DNA of 64,000 nucleotides from a virus: IMG/VR virus record IMGVR_UViG_3300025154_000006, positions 1 through 64,000 of that record, one strand, 5' to 3'. A model generated the notes under the pieces. It was not told the origin of the DNA and did not search any database. It saw only the letters and a list, made by a program, of their open reading frames with translations. Below, in pieces: positions 1 through 9,763 of the stretch. Both the position numbers and the translations under genes were made by a program. Each line of letters starts with the position of its first letter. The first letter of the stretch is position 1.

Positions 1-15
1 ATCATCGAGACTAAA

Positions 16-438
16 ATGAAAAGTTATTCTAAGAAATGGTTATCTTTACTTTATGAACTTGGTAAAGAAATTCGTAAACGTGGAGTAGAAAGACATAAAA
101 ACCATGGTTCATATTGGCGCCTAGTTCTTCCAAATGGCATAATTTTTGATCATGATGATTATAACCATAATGTAATCGTTACTTTTCCAGACGGATCTGA
201 GCTATGGTGGGCAGGAAATTTTGGAGGAGAGGTTGGTAATGCTACTGAATATGATTTACAAATTGCTATTGATGCTATTACCTTGACAAGGTATCCAGAA
301 AACCATGAATATATTACTTCGCTAAAAGAAAAACGCACTCTACTGGCGGCTGAATATTCTCGACAACTTGAACGTCTTACGGAAATTGATCGAAAACTTT
401 CTAAATTAGACGAACTTCTAGATAAAGAGTTGCAGTAA
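16..438 (+). CDS. hypothetical protein
   Basis: 140-aa ORF with C-terminal coiled coil, co-oriented with neighbours. Confidence 0.7.
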   Translation: MKSYSKKWLSLLYELGKEIRKRGVERHKNHGSYWRLVLPNGIIFDHDDYNHNVIVTFPDGSELWWAGNFGGEVGNATEYDLQIAIDAITLTRYPENHEYITSLKEKRTLLAAEYSRQLERLTEIDRKLSKLDELLDKELQ

Positions 439-439
439 A

Positions 440-454
440 GTTCGCACTACGAAC
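440..454. promoter_or_regulatory. 15-bp palindromic site GTTCGCACTACGAAC (first of about 20 copies)
   Basis: Matches consensus GTTCGYANTRCGAAC; lies immediately after the stop codon at 438. Confidence 0.8.
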
Positions 455-487
455 CCAGAGGGCGCTTATTTACAAAGCGCCCTCTGG
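455..487 (+). terminator. GC-rich stem-loop (possible terminator or processing site)
   Basis: ccagagggcgctt / aagcgccctctgg inverted repeat; no clear U-tract. Confidence 0.45.
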
Positions 488-530
488 AAAGGAGATAAAC
501 CAAAATGATAGAAATTCATTTCTAAATCTG

Positions 531-539
531 TGATATAAT
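531..539 (+). promoter_or_regulatory. extended -10 promoter (TGaTATAAT) for the GIY-YIG gene
   Basis: Exact TGnTATAAT upstream of the ORF at 668. Confidence 0.65.
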
Positions 540-667
540 CTAAATATCGAGATTGATTATGCACAGTTTTTCTGTTACAATATATTCAACGTCCGCCGCT
601 ACTATTGCCTCTGTGCATCAGTCTCGATAACTGAGTAGTTGGTGGACGTTGTTTTATTGAGGCTAAA

Positions 668-1354
668 ATGAATTCTGGCATCTATCAAATAAGGAATAAG
701 ATTAACAATTATATATACATTGGATCTGCTGTATCTATAACAGAAAGATGGACTGAACATATTCGTAGACTTAACAAGAATAAGCACCATAGTCGTCATC
801 TTCAATCTGCCTGGAATAAGTATGGTGAAGAAAATTTTGAGTTTTCTATTCTCGAAGAATGCGAGAAAGAGCAACTGGTCGAACGAGAACAGTATTATCT
901 GGATACGCTTTGTCCTGAATATAATGTCTGTAAGATTGCATATAGTCAATTAGGAATGAAGCATACTCCAGAAGCGCGAGAGAAAATGTCTATTTCGCGA
1001 AGAGGAAAAATATGTACGGCGGAAACCCGTAAAAAACTATCAGAAAAAGCGAAGGGAAGAACTTTTTCTCAACAATGGCATGAACTTCAAAGCATATCTC
1101 ATAGAGGCTATAAGCCAACTTAGGAAGCTGTACTTAATATGTCTAAGGCCCAGTTAGGAAGAAAACATTCCCAAGAGACAAAAGATAAACAAGCTCTTTG
1201 GCATAAGGGAAGACCTCGTTCTCCAGAAACTATAATAAAAATGTCTATTGCGAATAAAGGGAAAAAGGCCAGTCCAGAGACTCGCAGAAAAATGTCAGAA
1301 GCGCGTATAAAATACCTTTTATCTTTAAAAAAAGAAAATGAGGAAACTACATGA
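668..1354 (+). pseudogene. GIY-YIG homing endonuclease with NUMOD3 repeats, in-frame TAG at 1121-1123
   Basis: SGIYQIRN..YIGSA N-terminus; HTPEAREKMS/HSQETKDKQ repeats; ORFs 668-1123 and 1139-1354 share a frame across one TAG. Confidence 0.85.
785..898. repeat. 114-bp identical segment, inverted copy at 59810-59923
   Basis: Base-by-base identity between the two GIY-YIG genes. Confidence 0.9.
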
Positions 1355-2292
1355 GTTTAACGTCACTAATTCGTAATCCAATTATTAGAAAAGAAATACT
1401 AAGCCATTGCGCAATTCCCAAAATAGATAAAATGGAAATGTTGATCCAGAGAAGAACAAACAATCCAAGCGTTCTCGGCACCGCGGTAGATTATGCAATT
1501 CGCTTCTGGCTCGAGAAGAAGCATAGTGGAATTCAAGTCAATCCACTTGTGGCAGAACTTGCGCTTACTCGGGATATTCCCGAATTTACTTTCAACAAGA
1601 AGTCGGAAGCCAGGAAGATTGTAAAACAAGCACTTGAATATATAGAACAAGCAAAGGTGCTTGACGATAGCTTTTGTTACTGGGTGTTCCAGTTGGCAAA
1701 TTTAGATCTCATCTACCGTCAACAGATCATGCCCAAGTCTATTCCAATGATCCCAAGCCAGAACGACATTAGGGAACTCAAAGACCTGGTTGCACTTGCT
1801 ATCAAAAGTTGGCCCGTTCCGCGTAGTTATTGCTTACTCAATCCTACTTTCGGGACCGCAAGTCAAATGGTAGGTGGTGCCGACGCTGACGTAATCCAAG
1901 ATAGCACAATCATTGACATAAAGTGCGTAGCAGAACCGTCTATTTCGGATGTGGTTGTGCAGTTGATTGGCTACACTTCACTTTATTCTGCTGGAACTAT
2001 TGACAAACTACCAATTGGAGAGAATATAGACAAAATTGGCGTCTACTATGCTCGTCATGGGAAGTACCTGTCTTGGGATATTGGAGAGATCTGTTCTTGG
2101 CAAGAAATCAAAGGACTTTATTTGTTTCTTGAGACTATGGTAAAACAAGGAACATTGACCACTGGCAATCGTGGACTTGGTACTGACAATGGCACTATGG
2201 AATATCTTGAAAAGGCTTTCTCGCAAGATGAAAATATTGATGTTGGTAGAATTTTTGAAGATGAAAACAACGGTTTTGATTTTTTGGTTTAA
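1351..2292 (+). CDS. PD-(D/E)XK-family nuclease-like protein
   Basis: GGADAD..IIDIK motif followed by QLIGY. Confidence 0.65.
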   Translation: MSLTSLIRNPIIRKEILSHCAIPKIDKMEMLIQRRTNNPSVLGTAVDYAIRFWLEKKHSGIQVNPLVAELALTRDIPEFTFNKKSEARKIVKQALEYIEQAKVLDDSFCYWVFQLANLDLIYRQQIMPKSIPMIPSQNDIRELKDLVALAIKSWPVPRSYCLLNPTFGTASQMVGGADADVIQDSTIIDIKCVAEPSISDVVVQLIGYTSLYSAGTIDKLPIGENIDKIGVYYARHGKYLSWDIGEICSWQEIKGLYLFLETMVKQGTLTTGNRGLGTDNGTMEYLEKAFSQDENIDVGRIFEDENNGFDFLV

Positions 2293-2305
2293 TAGGAGAT
2301 AGGCA

Positions 2306-2593
2306 ATGGAAAAACAAAGTACTGTTCGGTTTTGGGACAACATGGGAAAGAAACGCTCAATGATTGTTCATTTTCCCTCTATAGAAATTGCAGAAGCGTT
2401 TATTGAAACTTATCAAAACTATGGAAGTATTCGACAATTTAGCGCAGATGTTTATGAAAATTACGAGAAATATCCACCTTTGCAAGGAAGTAACAGGCAT
2501 GATGAATTTGTTTATATTCATGGAAAGAACGATCTGCCTACTTTTCTGGCAATTTACAATACTATTCTTTATGATAGCGGAGGCATGATATGA
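2306..2593 (+). CDS. hypothetical protein
   Basis: ORF with aggag RBS. Confidence 0.65.
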   Translation: MEKQSTVRFWDNMGKKRSMIVHFPSIEIAEAFIETYQNYGSIRQFSADVYENYEKYPPLQGSNRHDEFVYIHGKNDLPTFLAIYNTILYDSGGMI

Positions 2594-2716
2594 AGAAACT
2601 GTATAAAGTCTATGATTTAAAAAGCGATAACTGTACTCGTCAATATCTTACAGAGGCAGAGGTTGTAGAATTAAGGCATAAGGGTTATCGCGTAACCTTG
2701 ATTGAGGAGAGTTAAT

Positions 2717-2929
2717 ATGGAAACCAGAATTGGTTTTTATGTTGAAATTGAATTTGACGACGAAAGTCAAGATAATCCAGATTCCATTGCCATAATTGCC
2801 GACAACTTAGCAAATGCAATCATTGAAAAAGCCAATGGAGACGGACTGGCGGACGAAGACGAAGATGGTATTACTCTTGCGGTAGATATTTTTAATTCAA
2901 AGTTAGCGCCTGTTCATAAATATGTTTAG
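2717..2929 (+). CDS. acidic hypothetical protein
   Basis: RBS gaggag, METRIG start; very D/E-rich. Confidence 0.6.
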   Translation: METRIGFYVEIEFDDESQDNPDSIAIIADNLANAIIEKANGDGLADEDEDGITLAVDIFNSKLAPVHKYV

Positions 2930-3160
2930 AGGAACTAAAATGAAAATCATAATCAAAATTGTAATTAATACAGATAGTTCAATATTTAACGTTAACCCGG
3001 GCCAGAAAATAAGCGAAGAGGCAGTTTGGGCGCTTTTGGGCATTACTGGGGATTTGTTAATTTATGATCATATAACTCATTTTGCTGGCTTCAATCCGAT
3101 CAAAGACGAAAACGGAAACAAGATTGGAACAATTTCATTCAATACAAAGGAGATAAAATC

Positions 3161-3493
3161 ATGATCTGCCCACATTGCCATAAAGATAATACTGAGTTCG
3201 TAGAAGTAGAAAACCCCGAGTACTGGTGCCAGAATCTGGAATCTAATATTATTCCTGTTGGCACTGCCGTAGAGTGCTTGTCGTGTGGCTTGCGCGGTCC
3301 TGGTTCTTTTGAAGGAAATGACGATGATGATACCCAAGCGGCCATGGAACTTTGGAATAGTTTGGTCATGGTAAATGAAAATAGTCGCCGTAAAATTACA
3401 GAAATGTTTATTCTTACGCCCATTGTGGACAGCACACTAGTTAATTTTGTTTTAGATTTACTTTTCAAAGTTAAGGATACTAAAAATGACTAA
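3161..3493 (+). CDS. Zn-ribbon protein (Lar-like CPxC..CxxC)
   Basis: CPHC...CLSCG...AMELWN pattern. Confidence 0.55.
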   Translation: MICPHCHKDNTEFVEVENPEYWCQNLESNIIPVGTAVECLSCGLRGPGSFEGNDDDDTQAAMELWNSLVMVNENSRRKITEMFILTPIVDSTLVNFVLDLLFKVKDTKND

Positions 3494-3924
3494 AGACCAA
3501 CAGAAAGACTATATTTCAATGAAATTAGAAAACATAAAAAGCGTATTCTTGATGTTATTGAAAACGATGCTATTCCAGAATACTGGACCGGAAGAGAATT
3601 GAGTATATTAGCGCAGCAACTTCTTGATAATGTAACTCAAAACCACGTCAAGGAAGTTCGCAATGCGAACAAAATATAGGAGACAAGACATGGGTAAAAC
3701 TTCCGGCAATCACATTACCAGGGCAATTGAGGAAATTGATAATGCACTTTGGAATATTAAACCAGAAGATCAGAATTCCGTGCATTTAGCGCGTGCTTAT
3801 CTGATATTCTCTCTTTTCTCAGACGGATACGAACTTTCTACATCCTATCGTGTTATTAAATCTAAGCGCGGTCCAGAACTTTATAAAAAAGCCTTGAAAC
3901 TTATTGAAAAATTGGAGAAATAAA

Positions 3925-4407
3925 ATGCACAACATTCACTATGCACGTATTTACGCAGGATCGCCCGAAGATGCTTGTGGTATGGCCAAGTCTCAAATTG
4001 AAGACTTTGGCGATGAGAACAACTGGCGCCGCATTATAGGATGCGTGGATAAGGCAGGGAACCAATATCATACAAGCGACGATGATAGTCGTTGGGAATT
4101 GCCTAAATCATGGCAGGAAATTGAAGACCAGCTCAAACGGGAACTTGTACCAGACGCCTGGACCAAAGAGAACTTTGACACAAGTATCGCCAAACTTCAA
4201 GGCGGCGAAACGCTTCAAGAAACAGATTGGTACCATATTCGTAAATATGCAGAACACATGGAAGATACGATCTACTTACCAGCATTTTCTCTTGAAGCAA
4301 GAAGTCAGCTACGCGAGTATCAATATGACGAATTTGGACTTACTAATCTTTGCGAAGAAGATGAAAATAGTACTGAATATATTGTTGCCGTGGATATGCA
4401 CAGTTAA
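3925..4407 (+). CDS. hypothetical protein
   Basis: RBS ggag; ends in VDMHS, a terminal VDxHx motif seen in phage small proteins. Confidence 0.65.
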   Translation: MHNIHYARIYAGSPEDACGMAKSQIEDFGDENNWRRIIGCVDKAGNQYHTSDDDSRWELPKSWQEIEDQLKRELVPDAWTKENFDTSIAKLQGGETLQETDWYHIRKYAEHMEDTIYLPAFSLEARSQLREYQYDEFGLTNLCEEDENSTEYIVAVDMHS

Positions 4408-4419
4408 GGAAACTAAATA

Positions 4420-4932
4420 ATGGAAACTAAGTCACTTACGCAAGAAGAGGCAGAGGAATATATTAACTCTGGTGGTATTGACTGTCCATTTTGTGATGTG
4501 AAAAACAGTGTTCGGACAAATGGAATTGATTCCGGTACCGGAGTTGCAGAATCTACTTGTTTATACTGCGAAAAAACCTGGACAGAATTCTGGAAAATGG
4601 TTGGCGTTTGTGATGATGACAATAGAGACAATCCTTTCTATCTCGAAGAACCAAAATGCTTAGTTCGGGTAATTGAAGCGGAAATTCCGCATGGACAAGA
4701 AGTCTATATGGTGTGTATTCTCCTGTCTCCTGACGAGAAAACCAGCGTGGTTCTGTTGGATAGCGACGATCCGCTTAGTTGTATTTCGCCCAGAGACTAT
4801 GATACGTTCTTGTTTAATTGCGAAGAACAAGCGCGATTTTGGAAATGCGAATTGGACATTCGCATAAAGAAAGATGATTATTTTGATCCCAGTTTGCCAG
4901 ACAACGCCTATGAAAACGAAGAGACAAAATGA
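4420..4932 (+). CDS. Zn-ribbon hypothetical protein
   Basis: CPFC..CLYC..W.E. Confidence 0.6.
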   Translation: METKSLTQEEAEEYINSGGIDCPFCDVKNSVRTNGIDSGTGVAESTCLYCEKTWTEFWKMVGVCDDDNRDNPFYLEEPKCLVRVIEAEIPHGQEVYMVCILLSPDEKTSVVLLDSDDPLSCISPRDYDTFLFNCEEQARFWKCELDIRIKKDDYFDPSLPDNAYENEETK

Positions 4933-5192
4933 AAACACTTCAACCTAAATGTCCTGAATGCGAAAAACTATCTGCTGTCCGCGAAAAATCTCAGCCACTT
5001 GGAGAATTCTTAGATTGGTTAGAACGCGAAAGAGGATTAACCCTTGCGGAGTTTGAAGAACACGCTGAACATTATTTTCCCGCAAGAATAGGGACAGAAA
5101 GACTTCTTGCAGAATACTTCAATATTGATCTCGGCGCAGCAGAAAGAGAACGATCTGCATTATTGAAATGGTTACAAGAAGAACAGGAGTAA
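4929..5192 (+). CDS. hypothetical protein
   Basis: ATGA overlap with the upstream gene. Confidence 0.65.
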   Translation: MKTLQPKCPECEKLSAVREKSQPLGEFLDWLERERGLTLAEFEEHAEHYFPARIGTERLLAEYFNIDLGAAERERSALLKWLQEEQE

Positions 5193-5478
5193 ATATGAAC
5201 TACAAAACTATTGTTTCAAGATATATTCGGCAAACCATTTATCACAGAGCAAGATAGTCCTGATTTTCCACAAATTTGGAGTACAGAATGACAACGCCAA
5301 TTAACAGACTTGTTGAGGCAGCAAAAACCGCAAGGGACATGCTTGACCAATTGCCCATGGGAATTGATTACGACGCCGACCCAGATGATCAATCGCCAGA
5401 AGATATGGTTGCGCATCTTGGCGGATTGATATATAAAATCCTCAATAAAGCGCTTATTGACTTAGGAGAAAATGACCA

Positions 5479-5760
5479 ATGAAGCGAGACCGTACTACCA
5501 AAATTGTAAATGTCATGGAAAAGAATAGGAAGTATCCCTTTATGCGCCTTCGCGATAAGTGGCTTGCGGAATTAGGATTTACCGAGGGCGCCACTGCATA
5601 CATAACAATTGTAGGCTCAGATACAATTACAATTTCTTCAAGTCCACCTATGTTGGTTAGACAAGAACTCACGCCGATTGAAATAATCAAAGCAGAATAC
5701 GCCAAACTTGGCATCCCAACTACTGAAAAGAAGAAGTATCAAGTTACTATGGTTTTATAA
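5479..5760 (+). CDS. AbrB/SymE-like swapped-hairpin DNA-binding protein
   Basis: PFMRLRDKWLAELGFTEG resembles the SymE/AbrB motif. Confidence 0.55.
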   Translation: MKRDRTTKIVNVMEKNRKYPFMRLRDKWLAELGFTEGATAYITIVGSDTITISSSPPMLVRQELTPIEIIKAEYAKLGIPTTEKKKYQVTMVL

Positions 5761-5771
5761 GGAGAAACATT

Positions 5772-6098
5772 ATGGATTTCAATAAGTTTATCGAAAATTG
5801 CAATAGATTACGCAAAGAACATCCAGAAGTTGGCAGATATAATGTCGTTTGTTCTTCTGACGAAGAGGGAAATTCATTTGGCGAAGTAACGTACAATCCT
5901 ACTGTCTGTTTTGTTGAAGATGGCGACTGGCAAAGCGTTAATTTTGCGTGGCAACCAGTTGTAAAGGAAGGTCCAAAAGAACAACTTTATTGTTCGCAAT
6001 GCGAACAGCCAGTAGAAGAGATTAATCAGAAAACTGCCGAATGTTACGAGTGCTATCTGGATAATCTGCAAAAAGCAAATAGTGTTTGTGTCAACTAG
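5772..6098 (+). CDS. hypothetical protein (DEEGN motif, Zn ribbon)
   Basis: SSDEEGNSF; CxxC pairs. Confidence 0.6.
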   Translation: MDFNKFIENCNRLRKEHPEVGRYNVVCSSDEEGNSFGEVTYNPTVCFVEDGDWQSVNFAWQPVVKEGPKEQLYCSQCEQPVEEINQKTAECYECYLDNLQKANSVCVN

Positions 6099-6121
6099 GA
6101 GAATAAACATGATTTGGTTTA

Positions 6122-6130
6122 TGTTATAAT
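6122..6130 (+). promoter_or_regulatory. extended -10 promoter (TGtTATAAT) of the HNH cassette
   Basis: Exact TGnTATAAT followed by aaggagg-like RBS and ATG at 6149. Confidence 0.65.
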
Positions 6131-6148
6131 AATAAGGAGGTAAACAAT

Positions 6149-6646
6149 ATGAAGAAAACTAACGTATGTAGTAGATGTGGGAAAGGTCCGAAAGTAAACA
6201 GATCTTGGTGCAGAGAATGTTTGCGAATATATGATCAAGAGTATCGAAAGCGAAATGCCAAAAGATTAAAAATTTATCGAAACAAGTATCAATTAACTGT
6301 TTATAAAGAAAAAAAATCGGTATATGACAAGAAACACAAAGCCCAAAATAAAGAACATTATAGAGAAAAATCTAAACAATGGAGTCGTCAACTTAGATTG
6401 GATATATTATCTCATTATGGCGGAAAATGTGTTTGTTGTGGAGAAACAAGAACAGAATTCCTTGCAATGGATCATATAAATGGTGGAGGTAATATACACA
6501 GAAAAAGCATAACCACTACTATATACAGATGGCTAAAAGCAAACAATTACCCCGATACTTTTCAGATATTGTGCCATAATTGTAATGCATCAAAATCTTT
6601 TTATGGGTATTGTCCACATCAAAAGGAAAAAGAAAATGTCAATTAA
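6149..6646 (+). CDS. HNH homing endonuclease
   Basis: CVCCGE..LAMDHING..QILCHNCN. Confidence 0.85.
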   Translation: MKKTNVCSRCGKGPKVNRSWCRECLRIYDQEYRKRNAKRLKIYRNKYQLTVYKEKKSVYDKKHKAQNKEHYREKSKQWSRQLRLDILSHYGGKCVCCGETRTEFLAMDHINGGGNIHRKSITTTIYRWLKANNYPDTFQILCHNCNASKSFYGYCPHQKEKENVN

Positions 6647-7211
6647 TACCAGAAGTTCAAATTCTAATAATCGTATATTTTTCACTTCTGATCAACACTA
6701 TGGCCATGCCAATATACTTAAGTATGCCACTCGTCTTTTTGAGAATGTTCAAGAAATGGACAGAGAACTAATTCGGCGTCACAACGAACGCGTTCAGCCC
6801 AAAGATACTGTTTATATTGTTGGAGATTTTACGCTGAATGGACATGAATTTGCCGTCAAGATAATGGAACAACTAAACGGCAATCTGGTTTTTCTTCCCG
6901 GAAGCCATGATGGAAGATGGTTTGACAAAGATCTTGGAACCGAAAAAATTCGATGCGTGGACCCAATTTACATTATTGAAAAAGCCGCACCAGTTCCCAT
7001 TATTCTGTGCCACTACGCTATGAGAACTTGGTCAAGGTCGCACTATGCTTCTTGGCATCTTTTTGGCCACTCTCACGGAAAACTTGAACCGTATGGACTT
7101 TCATTTGATATTGGAGTAGATTCGCACAATTACTATCCGTGGTCGCTTGATGAAATTGAGCAAAAGATGACAACTTTGAAGCCAATTGAAAACTATTCTA
7201 AAGGAGAATAA
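6636..7211 (+). CDS. calcineurin-like metallophosphoesterase
   Basis: DQHYGH, VGDF, GSHD, CHY, GHSH motifs. Confidence 0.9.
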   Translation: MSINTRSSNSNNRIFFTSDQHYGHANILKYATRLFENVQEMDRELIRRHNERVQPKDTVYIVGDFTLNGHEFAVKIMEQLNGNLVFLPGSHDGRWFDKDLGTEKIRCVDPIYIIEKAAPVPIILCHYAMRTWSRSHYASWHLFGHSHGKLEPYGLSFDIGVDSHNYYPWSLDEIEQKMTTLKPIENYSKGE

Positions 7212-7212
7212 A

Positions 7213-7479
7213 ATGTATATCTGTGATATTGAAACAAATAACTACGACAACGAAAGCGAAGAATACTGGATGATGCACTTTGCAATTGGCGCATTTCGTT
7301 TTAGCCTAAGATTAAATCGCGCCGATGTTATGCGTTTGTTTGGCATGTTCTTTGTTACTAGGAATAGCTCTTCTTTTGTTATTAATTATATGAATGAACT
7401 ACGAATGCCGACAGAAGGCAGGTCCAGAATAGTAACCGTTAGTCTCAAAACGCTAAACGCAAGAAAACAAGGAGAATAA
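7213..7479 (+). CDS. hypothetical protein
   Basis: RBS aggag. Confidence 0.55.
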   Translation: MYICDIETNNYDNESEEYWMMHFAIGAFRFSLRLNRADVMRLFGMFFVTRNSSSFVINYMNELRMPTEGRSRIVTVSLKTLNARKQGE

Positions 7480-7698
7480 TGAATACCATTACAGAAGCGC
7501 TTGGCCATTTGGGCGAAACACTTGCCAAGAAGGGATTTAGCGCATTGGACTTGAATTGCGAAGATGACGAGGATGTAATCATGTACGCATTGACATATAT
7601 GGAAAACCACTTGGATGACATTTTAGAGAGCGTACTTGAAGATCAAGATCGAGAAGCGAAATAAGATTAGTTTGCGTTGCGACCATTCAAACCACAAG

Positions 7699-7740
7699 AA
7701 TATCGAGGTAATTAAAATTAATTACCTCGATATTTTATTA
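7699..7740 (+). terminator. rho-independent terminator-like hairpin
   Basis: aatatcgaggtaatta / taattacctcgatatt stem followed by a T-rich tract. Confidence 0.6.
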
Positions 7741-7969
7741 CCAGGAGGTAGCCGTGGGCATTACTATTAAGATACTTGGCATATCGCCATTTGATTGTAT
7801 ACAACTTGCCAGGGATATTGAAAATCGATATGAAGTAGACGAACTTTACTTGATGAACGATTTGGTTCCGCAACCTGTTGTTTTGCCAATGACCAAAATT
7901 TTGATGTACCAGTGTTTCTTGCATTTTCACGTGTAATGTAGTACACTGTACTTGCATCTCCCTCCTCGG

Positions 7970-8022
7970 GACAGACGGCATTCTTCTTTTAGAGTTATTT
8001 TTAGCAAAGAATGCCGTCTGTC
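7970..8022. other. 16-bp inverted repeat
   Basis: gacagacggcattctt / aagaatgccgtctgtc, intergenic upstream of the replication module. Confidence 0.7.
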
Positions 8023-8040
8023 GCATTTTACAGAGAAAAT

Positions 8041-8448
8041 ATGAAACAGAAAATAAATCTAATTATCCCTTTGGGAACACCTCATCCAAATCCCTGTCCG
8101 GATTGTGGGAAAAGACTATTGCTAACGAAATTTGGCGATAAGGGTTGTGGATATGCCTGTGAAGATAGAAACAGAACTGGTTGCCGCGGAAACGCAGGGT
8201 GCCATCCCAATGGCAAGCCACTCGGAAAACCTATCGATCAGGAGGACAGACATTTGAGGGTAATCTTGCATTCTCTTATTGATCCCTACTGGCTAAACAC
8301 CCGAGCGCAAGTTCCCAAAAGAAATGCTATTTATGAATTTTTTAGAAAGAAGATGAAACTTAGCGTATTTCATGTCTCGATCTTGACAAAAGATCAGCTA
8401 AAATGGGCCATTAAGATTGCGCAGACTGATTTGAGGAAGGAGTTTTGA
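8041..8448 (+). CDS. zinc-finger protein (DUF3268-like)
   Basis: CPDCG..YAC..C.GNAGCHP..PLG, H...DP.W, FHVS. Confidence 0.7.
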   Translation: MKQKINLIIPLGTPHPNPCPDCGKRLLLTKFGDKGCGYACEDRNRTGCRGNAGCHPNGKPLGKPIDQEDRHLRVILHSLIDPYWLNTRAQVPKRNAIYEFFRKKMKLSVFHVSILTKDQLKWAIKIAQTDLRKEF

Positions 8449-9437
8449 TGCAAATAGATTTCAAAACCTCAAAACGTCAATATGATTGCCGAATAGAAAT
8501 TCAAAGAGATTTAGGCAAGCCAAATGGCATTGGCTCAACGTGGATATGGCCGTGTCCGTTTCACAAAGAAAAAACAATTGGAGGATTTCATGTTTATTCT
8601 ACCGGGTTTAAATGTTATTCGTGTGGAAGACATGGAGACATTTACGATTGGTGGGTATTTTGGAGAGATAAGCCATTATCTGATGTACTAATGGCAGATG
8701 GATTAAATATTAATGATATTACTAAACGAACATCCGAAAATGCAGCAAGAATAGAAAAAGAACTCTCGCACAAGATTTCTGAGGCAAAAAGAGCACTGGA
8801 AGAATTACAATCTACCCGGAAATGGGAAATTTATCATTCCGCACTAACGGCACACGCACGCGAAATGTATAAAAAACGCGGAATTCCAGAGTGGTATCAA
8901 GATTGGAGAAAATTTGGTTTTTGTCCTAATTTCAAAGTTTGGTATAATGGCGCAGATTACTTTACGCCAAGTTTAACTATACCAATGTTTCTTACAGGCT
9001 GGACCTGCATAAACATTCGCCATCGTCTTATTAATCCGCCAGACAATACGCCCGGAAATAAATATCGCCCAGAACGTAGCGGACTTGGTACTCAATTGTT
9101 TTTAGCAAACCCAGATAAATCATCTAACCACGAATACAAATTGATCGTAGAGGGAGAATTCAAGGCTAGTGTTTGCTACGTTACATTGGGTTCTGATAAA
9201 TGGCAAGTAGTTGGACTTCCTGGAAAAAACGCAAAGTCTGACATTGCAGAACAGATAAAGGGCGGTCTTTCTGTTGTGTGCCTAGACCCAGACGCCACAA
9301 AAGAAGCCATTACTCTTGCCAAAAAGATTGGAGGACGAATGTTTGCTTTACCAGAGAAAATAGATGACATGATTATCGCAAATAAAATAACACAGATAGA
9401 CCTTAAGAATTTAATTCGTAGTGCGAACAAAGTGTGA
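8448..9437 (+). CDS. DNA primase (CHC2 zinc finger plus TOPRIM)
   Basis: CPFHKEKT..FKCYSCG; IVEGEFKA; LDPD. Confidence 0.85.
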   Translation: MQIDFKTSKRQYDCRIEIQRDLGKPNGIGSTWIWPCPFHKEKTIGGFHVYSTGFKCYSCGRHGDIYDWWVFWRDKPLSDVLMADGLNINDITKRTSENAARIEKELSHKISEAKRALEELQSTRKWEIYHSALTAHAREMYKKRGIPEWYQDWRKFGFCPNFKVWYNGADYFTPSLTIPMFLTGWTCINIRHRLINPPDNTPGNKYRPERSGLGTQLFLANPDKSSNHEYKLIVEGEFKASVCYVTLGSDKWQVVGLPGKNAKSDIAEQIKGGLSVVCLDPDATKEAITLAKKIGGRMFALPEKIDDMIIANKITQIDLKNLIRSANKV

Positions 9438-9506
9438 AAAACTCATAGAAAACTCGTTACGCACAATGAGGCAAAACGTGATATAAATTCAAGAGAGGAA
9501 ATCACC

Positions 9507-9755
9507 ATGCGTTATTATGAAAAACCCAAGAAACCGTTGAGAAATTGGCAAATGATAAAACGGGTAAAAATTTTCAGGGAGGCACTTTCTGAAATGCCCG
9601 AAGAGTTTAAGCGCGCCATGAATATATTTCGTATCGTTCTTGTTGAACAATTCTGTTCAAGGAACAACCTGTCAGACAGGGAAGACATTTCTGCGTTCTA
9701 CGTAGACGCTGTATTGGCAGAACTTGTTATCAAACAATTACTTAGTTTTGACTAG
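9507..9755 (+). CDS. hypothetical protein
   Basis: RBS gagg. Confidence 0.55.
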   Translation: MRYYEKPKKPLRNWQMIKRVKIFREALSEMPEEFKRAMNIFRIVLVEQFCSRNNLSDREDISAFYVDAVLAELVIKQLLSFD

Positions 9756-9763
9756 GAGAAGAC

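Noticed and set aside
506-526. Stranded RBS plus MIEIHF* mini-ORF as the target gene split by the GIY-YIG cassette
   Set aside because: No matching continuation was found downstream of the endonuclease, unlike the HNH case.
7670-7684. gtttgcgttgcgacc as another copy of the palindrome
   Set aside because: Three mismatches to the consensus, so it was not counted.
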